From Myxococcota bacterium (GTDB lineage: Bacteria; Myxococcota_A; UBA9160; SZUA-336): a DNA stretch of 64,000 nt. Shown here piece by piece: positions 56,149 through 64,000 of the stretch. Under the pieces are notes generated by a model. That model saw nothing but the letters and a program-made list of their open reading frames with translations. It was not told the origin of the DNA and made no database searches. A program made the translations under genes and the position numbers. The first letter of the stretch is position 1. Every line of letters begins with the position of its first letter. The stretch lies in NCBI GenBank assembly GCA_044450765.1, contig JBIOJK010000003.1, positions 19,856 to 83,855 of the forward strand. Direction: 5' to 3'.

Positions 56149-57789
56149 ATGGCCACGCACGGTGGAAAGCTCGCAGCGCGGGCGCTCAAGCTGGCGGGTG
56201 TCGACTGCATCTTCACGCTCTCGGGCGGTCACATCATGCCGATCTACGACGGCGCGCTCGACGAGGGCATCCGCATCATCGACGTGCGCCACGAACAGGC
56301 CGCGGTGCACGCGGCCGACGCGTACAGCCGCCTGAACCCGACCAAGATCGGCTGCGCCGTCGTGACCGCCGGTCCGGGAGTCACCGATGGAGTCACCGGG
56401 ATCGCGAACGCGTGGCGCGCGAACAGCCCGATTCTGGTGATCGGCGGGCAGGGCCCGTTCTCGAATCTGCGCCGCGGCTCACTCCAGGAGATGGACCACG
56501 TCTCGATGATTCGGCCGATCTCGAAGTGGGCCGACGCGTGCTACGACACCGCGCGCATTCCGGAGTACATCGAGCTCGCGGTGCGGCACGCGACGTCGGG
56601 CATTCCCGGCCCCGCCTTTCTCGAGATTCCGATGGACGTGCTGATGGGGCCCGCTGACTTCGACAAGGCCTGGTTCCCGAAGTTCCGCCGCGCGCCGCGC
56701 CAGGCGCCCGACCGCGCGGACGTGGTCGCGGCGCTCGAGATACTCGCCGGCGCCAAGCGGCCGATCATGATGGGCGGCACGAGCGTGAAGTGGTCGCAGG
56801 GCGGCGCCGCGATGCGGCGCTTCGTCGAGGAGACCAAGCTGCCGACGTTCCTGAACGGCATGGGCCGCGGACAGCTGCGCTTCGACGACCCGCAGTTCAT
56901 GAACCGCTCGCGCAAGGAGGCGATGTCGAAGTGCGACGTGTTCGTGCTCGCCGGCTCGCCGCTCGACTTCCGGCTGCGCTTCGGCAAGGCGATCCCCGCC
57001 AGCGCGAAGATCGTCCAGCTCGAGATGGAGAACTCACTCGTCGGGCAGAACCGCTCCGCGGACGCGGCGATCGTCGGAAATCTCGGGGTCGCGTTCGAGC
57101 AGATGCTGCAGGTCATGAAGGAGGAGTCAGTCAAGCTCGACTTCCACGCCTGGCGCGACGAGCTGCGCGCGATCGAGACGAAGATCGAAGCCGGCTTCCA
57201 GAGCGAGCTGGCCTCGGACGAAGTCCCGATCGATCCGCTGCGCCTGTGCCGCGAGATCCGCGATTTCATCGACGAAGACACGATCCTGATCGGCGACGGC
57301 GGCGACATCGTCGCGCAGGCGGCGAAGGTCGTGCCCGTGATGAAGGAGAACTGCTGGATGGACCCCGGTCCGCTCGGCACGCTCGGCGTCGGCATGCCCT
57401 TCGCGCTCGCTGCGAAAGTGTCTTTCCCCGACAAGAAGGTGCTGATCATCTACGGGGACGGGTCGTTCGGCCTGAACGGCTTCGAGTACGACACCGCGAT
57501 CCGATTCAATCTCCCAATCGTCGGCATCGTCGGGAACGACGCGGCCTGGGGGCAGATGCTGCGCCCGCAGATCGGCATCTACGGCAAGGACCGCGCCGTC
57601 GGCACCTATCTCAACTACACGCGCTACGACAAGGTCGTCGAGGCGCTCGGCGGTCACGGCGAGCACTGCACGCGGCCCGAGCAGATCCGTCCCGCGCTCG
57701 AGCGCGCGTTCGCATCCGGGAAGCCCGCCTGCATCAACGTGGTCATCCGGCGCGACGAGACGGAGCCGAAGGGCAGCACGTACGTCTAG
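56149..57789 (+). CDS. Thiamine-diphosphate enzyme of the acetolactate synthase / oxalyl-CoA decarboxylase / 2-hydroxyacyl-CoA lyase family
   Basis: 546 aa. GVDCIFTLSGGHIMPIYD, VRHEQAAVHAADAY. TPP motif GDGSFGLNGFEYDTAIRFNLPIVGIVGNDAAWG. GGAGGA RBS. Confidence 0.9.
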   Translation: MATHGGKLAARALKLAGVDCIFTLSGGHIMPIYDGALDEGIRIIDVRHEQAAVHAADAYSRLNPTKIGCAVVTAGPGVTDGVTGIANAWRANSPILVIGGQGPFSNLRRGSLQEMDHVSMIRPISKWADACYDTARIPEYIELAVRHATSGIPGPAFLEIPMDVLMGPADFDKAWFPKFRRAPRQAPDRADVVAALEILAGAKRPIMMGGTSVKWSQGGAAMRRFVEETKLPTFLNGMGRGQLRFDDPQFMNRSRKEAMSKCDVFVLAGSPLDFRLRFGKAIPASAKIVQLEMENSLVGQNRSADAAIVGNLGVAFEQMLQVMKEESVKLDFHAWRDELRAIETKIEAGFQSELASDEVPIDPLRLCREIRDFIDEDTILIGDGGDIVAQAAKVVPVMKENCWMDPGPLGTLGVGMPFALAAKVSFPDKKVLIIYGDGSFGLNGFEYDTAIRFNLPIVGIVGNDAAWGQMLRPQIGIYGKDRAVGTYLNYTRYDKVVEALGGHGEHCTRPEQIRPALERAFASGKPACINVVIRRDETEPKGSTYV

Positions 57790-57823
57790 CGGCGGCGAGC
57801 TTCGAGACTCGGGCTGGGGCCCG

Positions 57824-58480
57824 GTGCTGCGCGACGCGCCGCCCGAGGGCCATCCGATCGCGAACGAGGCGTGCCGCGCGCTGGCGAGCGCATCGGGAGT
57901 GGTGTTTGCCGGCGGACGCATCGACGCGCTCGTGCGCTGCGAAGGCCTCGTGCTCTCGACGCGCGAGCCCCTGTCGACACATTTTGGTGTCGCACAGGCC
58001 AGGCGCGAGCTGCGCACGCCCAGCCTCCGCTTGACTCACGTCGTCTTCGCGCCCGCGTCGCCGCGCGCGCTGCTGCTCGGCTTCGTGCGGCTGGAGAACC
58101 GCGCCGACGAGCCGCTCGCGCTCGAGTACACCGAGATCTGGGACGTGCCGGCCGGCGAGTACCGAGCCGCGGTCGCGGCCTGTGAGCGGCGCTTCGGCGG
58201 TCATCTGTTCGCGCTCGCCGAGGCATCGGCAGTCACTCGCGCGCGCGCGCCCGAGGCAGAGCCGAAGCGCGGCCTGGCGCTGGACGTCGCGCTAGCGCTG
58301 CCTGCCGGCGCACGGCGACACCTCGCCTTCGCCTACGCAGCGCTCCCCGACGAGGAGGACGCGGGCGAGCTCGTCCGCGCCTGGCGCGGCGGCGTCGCCG
58401 CGGAGCTCGAGCAGATCGGCCGCTCGGGCCAGAGCGTGGCGGCCTACCGCGAGCTCGGCCGCTACTCTGGCCGGCCATGA
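57824..58480 (+). CDS. Hypothetical protein; distant resemblance to the N-terminal beta-sandwich of GH94/GH65-type glycan phosphorylases
   Basis: 218 aa. LLLGFVRLENRADEPLALEYTEIWDV pattern. Its stop overlaps the ATG of the next gene (ATGA), which supports translation. No catalytic domain follows. Confidence 0.45.
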   Translation: MLRDAPPEGHPIANEACRALASASGVVFAGGRIDALVRCEGLVLSTREPLSTHFGVAQARRELRTPSLRLTHVVFAPASPRALLLGFVRLENRADEPLALEYTEIWDVPAGEYRAAVAACERRFGGHLFALAEASAVTRARAPEAEPKRGLALDVALALPAGARRHLAFAYAALPDEEDAGELVRAWRGGVAAELEQIGRSGQSVAAYRELGRYSGRP

Positions 58481-59160
58481 ATCGCACCGCCGCGCTCGCC
58501 GTCGCCGCAGCGCTGTCTCTCCTTCCGCTGCGGGCGCTGGCCGCGAGCAGCTCCGAGATCGCCGCCGAGACCGCGCGCAACCTCGAGGAGGGGAGCGCGC
58601 ACGTCGCGAATTTCTGGTGGCTGCCGCCCGAATATTGGCAGCAGGCGGCGAAGGAGCTCGACCTGCCCGCCGAGGATCAGGCCAAAGTCTCGAAGCTGTT
58701 CCGCGACTACGTCATCGTCGGCGCGCTCGACGCCGACCTGTCGGAGAAGAAGAAGCCGAGCCTCGCGTCGATCGCGGACATCGTGAAGCGCTCCCACTTC
58801 ACGCGCGACGGCCAGACGCTGGAGGTGCTGCGCGAGGTGAACCCGGAGGTCGCGAAGCTCGTGCCCACCCTGGTGTATCTGCTGCACGCGTCGCTCGGAC
58901 CGCTCGGCGATGGTCTGCGCCTGCTCCCGCTCGCGAACGTCAGCCCGAAGGGCGATCCCCTGCTCTCGGCCAGCTCACCCGGCGAGCTCGTGCTGCAGTT
59001 CCGCTTCACCGACGACGGGCCGCTGCACGACGTGCGCTGGCACGCGCCGCTCACTTCGGTGGCCGGCGTGCGCAAGTGCCCGAAGGGCGGCGAGCCGCTC
59101 GAGGCGAGCTGGACCTTCTGTCCCTGGCACGGCGTGAAGCTGGAGCCGGCGAAGCCCTAG
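58477..59160 (+). CDS. Secreted hypothetical protein with C-terminal CPxGG...CPWHG element
   Basis: 227 aa. Signal peptide MNRTAALAVAAALSLLPLRALAASS. Balanced composition. C-terminus VRKCPKGGEPLEASWTFCPWHGVKLEP. Confidence 0.6.
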   Translation: MNRTAALAVAAALSLLPLRALAASSSEIAAETARNLEEGSAHVANFWWLPPEYWQQAAKELDLPAEDQAKVSKLFRDYVIVGALDADLSEKKKPSLASIADIVKRSHFTRDGQTLEVLREVNPEVAKLVPTLVYLLHASLGPLGDGLRLLPLANVSPKGDPLLSASSPGELVLQFRFTDDGPLHDVRWHAPLTSVAGVRKCPKGGEPLEASWTFCPWHGVKLEPAKP

Positions 59161-59780
59161 TCGACGGCCACCGGCGCGAACGCGAGCTCGAGGTCGATCG
59201 GGATCGCGCCGGAGAGTGACTCGTGACCGCAGACCGCCTTCAGCGCTGCGAGCTGCGCGTCCATGCCGAGGTCGTGCGCCGACAACACGAGCGGAGCTGC
59301 GTTGTGCACGTGCAGGTGGTTCTGCCCGTCGCGGCCGACGAGCACGAGCAGCTTCAGCGGCACGGACGCGCCGTGCAGCGAGAGCGTGCCCGCGAGCTCG
59401 ACGCGCGCGTTCGCCCCGGGCGCGGGCAGCGCGTCGCTCGCCGGCAGGCCACTCACGTCGAAACGCGCCACCGGGAACCTCGCGGCCTCGAAGAAGTGCG
59501 TGCGGATGTTCTCGTCGCGCGCCGGATTGCCGGTCTCGGCGGTCCCGAGCTTCACCTCGACGAAGCCGCTGCGCGTGGCCATGTCGAAGGCGCCCTCGAG
59601 GCTGGCGAACGAGCCCGGCACGCCGACCGCGTTGTTCTTGATGCCGACGAACTGGATCGCGGACTCCGCCGGCACGAGGCGCCAGAGGCCCGACACTTCT
59701 CGGTGTCCCGCGAAGGAACCCGACTGACACGCGAACGACGCCGCGAGCGCGAGAGCGGCCAGACCGCGCCGCGCGCTCAC
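59157..59780 (-). CDS. YceI-family (polyisoprenoid-binding) periplasmic protein
   Basis: GTG at 59780 (GTGA overlap with the upstream stop). Signal/lipobox LALAASFACQS. SAIQFVGIKNNAVGVPGSFASLEGAFDM and ELAGTLSLHGASVPL are YceI-like. Confidence 0.85.
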   Translation of the reverse strand: MSARRGLAALALAASFACQSGSFAGHREVSGLWRLVPAESAIQFVGIKNNAVGVPGSFASLEGAFDMATRSGFVEVKLGTAETGNPARDENIRTHFFEAARFPVARFDVSGLPASDALPAPGANARVELAGTLSLHGASVPLKLLVLVGRDGQNHLHVHNAAPLVLSAHDLGMDAQLAALKAVCGHESLSGAIPIDLELAFAPVAVD

Positions 59781-60973
59781 GCTGCGCTCGCGACGCAGGA
59801 CTCGAGCACGTCGAGGCCCTGCGCGAGATCGCGCTCGGGGATGTTCAGCGCCGGGAAGAGTCGCAGCACGCGATCGGCGGTCAGATTCACCAGCACGCCG
59901 CGCTCTCGCATCGCCGCGTGAGCCGCGGCCGCGGCCGCCGCCTCGCGCAGCACGACGCCGATCAGCAGGCCTTGTCCGCGCACCTGCTCGATCCGCGCGT
60001 GCTGCCTCTCCGCGAACGCGCCGAGCCGCGCGAGAGTGTCCTTGCCGAGCACTGCCGCGCGCTCGACGAGCCGCTCGTCCTCGATCACGCGCATGACCGC
60101 CGCGCCGGCGCGACACGCGAGCGGGTTGCCCGCGTAGGTGCCGCCGTGGTCGCCGGGCTGGATCGCCGCCATCACCGACTCACTCGCCATGAACCCAGCC
60201 AGCGGGAAGCCGCCGCCGATGCCCTTCCCGAAGGTGAGGACGTCGGGCGACACGCCGCTGTGCTCGCACGCGAACCAGCGGCCGGTGCGGCCGATGCAGG
60301 TCTGCACCTCGTCGGCGATCAGCAGCGCGCCGACCTTGTGACACGCGTCGGCGATCCGGCGCAGATAGTCGGCCGGCGGCACGACCACGCCGCCCTCGCC
60401 CTGGATCGGCTCGACGATCATCGCCGCGAACTCGGTCGTGAGCGCGGCGCGCGCGGCGTCGGCGTCTCCGAACGGCACGAAGGTCGCCTCGCGCACGATG
60501 CCCTTCCACGGGCCGCGGTACTTGTCCTGCCCGAGACAGCCCATCACCCCCAAGGTCCGCCCGTGGAAGCTGTTGAAGGTCGACAGGAAGCGGCTGCGCC
60601 CCGTCTTCCGCGCCGAGAGCTTGAGCGCGCCCTCGTTCGCCTCCGCGCCGCTCGAGGTGAAGAACGACTGGTGCAGCCCGCCCGGCGCGACGCGCGCGAG
60701 GCGCTCGGCGAGCTCGAGCTGCGGCTTGGTGTAGACCAGGTTCGTGGTCTGCATCAGCGTGCGCGCCTGATCGCTGATCGCCTCGACCAGCGCGGGATGG
60801 CAGTGACCGATCGAAGTCACTCCCCAGCCCGCGGTCAGGTCGACGTACTCGCGGCCGTCGACGTCCCAGACGCGCGAGCCCTGAGCGCGCTCGAGCGCCA
60901 CGGGCCAGCGCCGCACCTGCGGCATGAAGACTTGTTTCTCTCGGCTGACGAGCTGGTCGAACTTCTCGGACAT
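59777..60973 (-). CDS. Class III PLP aminotransferase (acetylornithine/ornithine aminotransferase-like)
   Basis: 398 aa. SGAEANEGALK, LLIADEVQTCIGRTGRWFA, TFGKGIGGGFP (PLP Lys), HGGTYAGNPLA. Confidence 0.9.
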   Translation of the reverse strand: MSEKFDQLVSREKQVFMPQVRRWPVALERAQGSRVWDVDGREYVDLTAGWGVTSIGHCHPALVEAISDQARTLMQTTNLVYTKPQLELAERLARVAPGGLHQSFFTSSGAEANEGALKLSARKTGRSRFLSTFNSFHGRTLGVMGCLGQDKYRGPWKGIVREATFVPFGDADAARAALTTEFAAMIVEPIQGEGGVVVPPADYLRRIADACHKVGALLIADEVQTCIGRTGRWFACEHSGVSPDVLTFGKGIGGGFPLAGFMASESVMAAIQPGDHGGTYAGNPLACRAGAAVMRVIEDERLVERAAVLGKDTLARLGAFAERQHARIEQVRGQGLLIGVVLREAAAAAAAHAAMRERGVLVNLTADRVLRLFPALNIPERDLAQGLDVLESCVASAA

Positions 60974-61200
60974 GATTCACCTCTCGGAATGCGATTGATC
61001 GGACTGATCAGGGCGACGCGGGTTCTGGGAGCACGGGGTGGGTCCCGCCGGCCGGCGTCGATCGCGAGGCGAATCTATCCGCGCCGGTGGGACCCTGTAC
61101 GGGTGCGACGCGGTGCGGAGGGCTGCAGGCGGATGTCGAGGTCGACGCGCATCAGGTCGCGCAGAATGCGGCAGGCGAAAAGGCGTGTCAATCTCGCCGG

Positions 61201-62385
61201 GTGCGCATTCTCGCCCTGACGCCGCGCCTGCCGTACCCGCCGGTCGGCGGAGACAAGCTGCGCGCTCACGAATTTCTCGCGCGCCTCGCGGCGCGACACG
61301 ACGTCCACCTGGTGTCGTTCGTCGAGAGCGCGGCGGAGGACGAGCACGCGCGCGCGCTCGCGCGCCGACACCAGAAAATGTCGGTGGAGACGGTGCTGCT
61401 CCCGCGCTGGCGCTCGCGGCTGCACACCCTGGTCGGTGTCGCGTCTCCGCTTCCGCTCCAGGTGCACTACTACCGCTCGTCGCGCATGCGTTCGCTGGTC
61501 GCGAGGCGGCTCGCCGAGGGCCGCTTCGATGCGGTCTACGTCCACTTGCTGCGCATGGCTCAGTACGTCGAGCGCGCCGCGGACACGCGGCGGGTGCTCG
61601 ACATCACCGACGCGATCTCGCTGGTCTACGGGCGCGCGCAGCAGATGCGCCGCGACGGATTCCGCGCCCTGTTCGCGCTCGAGGTCGCGCGCCTGCCGCG
61701 CTACGAGACGCGACTCATCCGCTCGTTCGACGCGACCGCGGTGATCTCGCAAGTCGACCGCGACGTTTTGATCTCGAACGGCGCGCCGGCGGAGCGCCTG
61801 GCGCTGATCAACAACGGCGTCGACCGCACGTACTTCACGCCGCGCGCGGAGGGCTACGATCCGCGGCGGCTGGCCTTCGTCGGAAATCTGGGGAGCTTCG
61901 CGAACACCGACGCCGCGCTGTTCATGCTGCGCGAGGTGTTTCCCGCGATTCGGCGCCAGCGGTCGGACGCCGAGCTCGACGTCGTCGGAGTGAGTCCGCC
62001 GCCGTCAGTGCTCGCGTTCCACGGCGCAGGCGGCGTGAACGTCACGGGTGCCGTCGACGACGTGCGACCCTACGTCGAGCGCGCCGCGGCGAGTCTTTGC
62101 CCCGTGCGCGTCGCCGGCGGAGTGCAGAACAAGATCCTCGAGTCACTCGCGCTCGGCGTTCCGGTCGTGACCAGCCCCGAGGGCTTCGAAGGGCTGGGCG
62201 CGCGCGGCGAGGACGACGGCGTCTGCGTCGCGGCCGACCCCGAGGATTTCGCGCGCAAGTCGATCGCGCTGATGGCAGACCCGGCGCGCCGGCGCGAGCT
62301 CGGCGGGCGCGGCGCGCGCTTCGTCGCCGAGCACTACGATTGGGACCGCCAGGTCGCGCTGCTCGAGTCGCTGCTCGCGGGCTAG
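61201..62385 (+). CDS. GT-B glycosyltransferase (GT4-like; N-terminus resembles exopolysaccharide-locus sugar transferases)
   Basis: GTG at 61201 (VRILALTPRLPYPPVGGDKLRAHEFLARLA). C-terminal GGVQNKILESLALGVPVVTS. The track start at 61087 adds a non-homologous leader. Confidence 0.85.
   Translation: MRILALTPRLPYPPVGGDKLRAHEFLARLAARHDVHLVSFVESAAEDEHARALARRHQKMSVETVLLPRWRSRLHTLVGVASPLPLQVHYYRSSRMRSLVARRLAEGRFDAVYVHLLRMAQYVERAADTRRVLDITDAISLVYGRAQQMRRDGFRALFALEVARLPRYETRLIRSFDATAVISQVDRDVLISNGAPAERLALINNGVDRTYFTPRAEGYDPRRLAFVGNLGSFANTDAALFMLREVFPAIRRQRSDAELDVVGVSPPPSVLAFHGAGGVNVTGAVDDVRPYVERAAASLCPVRVAGGVQNKILESLALGVPVVTSPEGFEGLGARGEDDGVCVAADPEDFARKSIALMADPARRRELGGRGARFVAEHYDWDRQVALLESLLAG
62139..62149. 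repeat. Exact 11-mer CGAGTCACTCG (copy in the glycosyltransferase gene)
   Basis: Read directly. Codes Glu-Ser-Leu as GAG-TCA-CTC. Confidence 0.9.
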
Positions 62386-63122
62386 CTCGCGGCGAGCTTC
62401 TCGAGCTCGGCCAGGTCCGCGATCGCATGCGCCGGCGGCGCGCCCGCGTAGGACGCCAGCGCCGCTTCGGGATCGGCGACGCGGCGCGTGATCCAAACCG
62501 GGCGCACGCCGAGCGCCGCGGCGCCGGCGACGTCCGCCTCGAGGTCGTCGCCGACGTGGAGCGTCTGCTCCGGCGCGACGCCGAGTGAATCGAGCGCGGC
62601 GCGGAAGATCTCGGGGCGCGGCTTGCGCACGCCCAGGTCCATCGAGATCACGACCGCGTCGAAGTGCTCGAGCAGGCCCGCCTCGGCCAGCACCGCGCGC
62701 GCGGTGTCGGTGTGGCTGAAGTTCGAGCAGACGGCCAGCTTCACGCGTCCGCGCAGCCGTGCGAGCACCTGCGCGTGGTGCGGGTGGAAGCGCACGTGCT
62801 TGCGCAGCTCGGCCATGTGAGTCGCGGTGAGCGCGCGCGCCATCTCGTCGCCCGGCCGCGCGATGCTGCGGCCGAAGGCGCGGAAGCGATCCAGCGTGGC
62901 GAACTCGACGTGCTCGCGCCGCATCGCATCGCGCTGCTCTCGGTCGACCCGCCCGAGCGCCGCGGCGAACTTCTCGAAATCGAGTCCGTGCCAGTGCACA
63001 CTCGCCGCATGCAGGAGCCCGTAGGTCGACGGAATCCGCCGCCCGCCGATCTCGACGAGCGGCAGCCGGTCCATGTGGATGTCGACGAGCGTGTCGAACA
63101 GGTCGAGCGAGATCGCGCGCAC
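62382..63122 (-). CDS. HAD-superfamily hydrolase
   Basis: ISLDLFDTLVD (motif I), VCSNFS (motif II), VRKPRPEIF and HVGDDLEADV (motifs III/IV). GTG at 63122 or 63128. The upstream part of the track ORF was rejected. Confidence 0.8.
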   Translation of the reverse strand: MRAISLDLFDTLVDIHMDRLPLVEIGGRRIPSTYGLLHAASVHWHGLDFEKFAAALGRVDREQRDAMRREHVEFATLDRFRAFGRSIARPGDEMARALTATHMAELRKHVRFHPHHAQVLARLRGRVKLAVCSNFSHTDTARAVLAEAGLLEHFDAVVISMDLGVRKPRPEIFRAALDSLGVAPEQTLHVGDDLEADVAGAAALGVRPVWITRRVADPEAALASYAGAPPAHAIADLAELEKLAAS

Positions 63123-63146
63123 CGGCACGCGGCGCAGGATACGCGG

Positions 63147-64000
63147 GTGCGGTGGATCGTCCAGGGCGAGAATCTCGACGCGCTGCGCGCGCTTCCCGAC
63201 GCGAGCGTCGCCCTCTGCTACGTCGATCCGCCGTTCAACACCGGCCGCACGCAGAAGCGCACCCGGCTGCGCACGCGGCGCGCGGCCGAGGGCGGCGACC
63301 GCACCGGCTTCGGCGGCCGGCGCTACCGCAGCGAGGTGGTCGGTGTCTCGCAGTTCGCCGACCGCTTCGCCGATCTGCCCGCCTATCTCGAGCCGCGCCT
63401 TCGCGAGGCGCGCCGCGTGCTGCGCCCGGATGGCTCGCTCTTCGTGCACCTCGACCCGCGCGAGTCACACTACGTGAAGGTGCTGCTCGACCGCATCTTC
63501 GGGCGCGCATCGTTCATGAACGAGATCGTCTGGGCCTACGACTACGGCGCGCGCACGAAGCGCCGCTGGCCCGCGAAGCACGACACGATTTTCTGGTACG
63601 CGGTCGATTCCGCGTGTTACACGTTCGACTACGGCGCGATGGATCGCTTGCCGTACGCGGCGCCCGGACTCGTCGGTCCCGAGAAGGCCGCGCGCGGCAA
63701 GACACCCACCGATGTCTGGTGGCAGACGATCGTGCCGACGAACGGGCGCGAGCGCACCGGCTACGCGACGCAGAAGCCGCTCGCGATCCTGTCCCGCATC
63801 GTTGCGGTGCACTCGCGGCCGGGCGATCTCGTGCTCGACTTCTTCGCGGGCAGCGGCACGACGGGCGAAGCGGCCGCGCGGCTCGAGCGCGACTTCATCC
63901 TGGTCGACTCGAGCCCCGAAGCGGTGCGCGTGATGCAGAAGCGGCTCGCTTTCGCCGGCGCGAAGTGTCTCGCGCTCGAGCAGCTCGCGCCGGCGCGGGA
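63147..64000 (+). CDS. Beta-class DNA (N6-adenine or N4-cytosine) methyltransferase, partial (runs off window)
   Basis: Own translation: VRWIVQGENLDALRALPDASVALCYVDPPFNTG (motif IV DPPF) ... GYATQKPLAILSRIV ... LVLDFFAGSGTTGEAA (motif I). The order IV-then-I is the beta class, as in CcrM/M.HinfI/M.RsrI. Not in the track because no stop lies within the window. Confidence 0.85.
   Translation, partial: MRWIVQGENLDALRALPDASVALCYVDPPFNTGRTQKRTRLRTRRAAEGGDRTGFGGRRYRSEVVGVSQFADRFADLPAYLEPRLREARRVLRPDGSLFVHLDPRESHYVKVLLDRIFGRASFMNEIVWAYDYGARTKRRWPAKHDTIFWYAVDSACYTFDYGAMDRLPYAAPGLVGPEKAARGKTPTDVWWQTIVPTNGRERTGYATQKPLAILSRIVAVHSRPGDLVLDFFAGSGTTGEAAARLERDFILVDSSPEAVRVMQKRLAFAGAKCLALEQLAPAR

Noticed and set aside
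56378-56396. Tandem GGAGTCACCG x2 as a special form of the iterated motif
   Set aside because: The duplication encodes Gly-Val-Thr-Asp-Gly-Val-Thr-Gly in a conserved TPP-enzyme loop, so the protein sequence may explain the two adjacent copies. They were counted in the tally but should be down-weighted.

Overview
High-GC (roughly 70%) bacterial chromosomal segment centred on the replication-origin neighbourhood. The order is rpmH-rnpA-yidD-yidC-jag-rsmG-parA-parB on the minus strand, then dnaA-dnaN-gyrB-gyrA on the plus strand, with a clean gene-strand switch at rpmH|dnaA. The rest is almost entirely housekeeping. There is a split F-type ATP synthase (b'-b-delta-alpha-gamma-beta-epsilon at 8.6-14.5 kb and atpZ-I-a-c at 29.9-31.5 kb). 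Other genes include uvrA, mfd, pdxA, two parvulin-type chaperones, tgt, purM, hemL, tmk, pnuC-nadR, an Fe-siderophore/B12-type ABC importer, surface-sugar enzymes and several small conserved unknowns. A bactofilin gene after parAB and the split atp layout suggest a Myxococcota/deltaproteobacteria-like lineage (inference only). I saw no rRNA, tRNA, CRISPR array, transposase, integrase or prophage genes. Most long ORFs in the track are Arg/Ala/Pro-rich shadow ORFs antisense to, or out of frame with, conserved genes and were rejected. Many track ORFs also carry spurious N-terminal extensions, which I trimmed by reading the junctions; GTGA/ATGA/TTGA stop-start overlaps are pervasive. The most unusual signal is not a gene. 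It is a short quasi-palindromic DNA word, CGAGT(C/G)ACTCG (core GAGTCAC/GTGACTC), scattered through coding sequence in both orientations far more often than base composition predicts, and written with otherwise rare codons. Secondary points of interest: a single-ORF alpha/beta-hydrolase::cytochrome P450 fusion; an orphan rplC with its own TATAAT box, followed by an rlmE with no canonical start codon; an unannotated 41-aa hyper-basic ORF; parS-like and DnaA-box-like elements; repeated CTAG-shared convergent stop codons; and an apparently orphan beta-class DNA methyltransferase at the window edge. All family assignments come from motif recognition by eye. No database search or computation was run.
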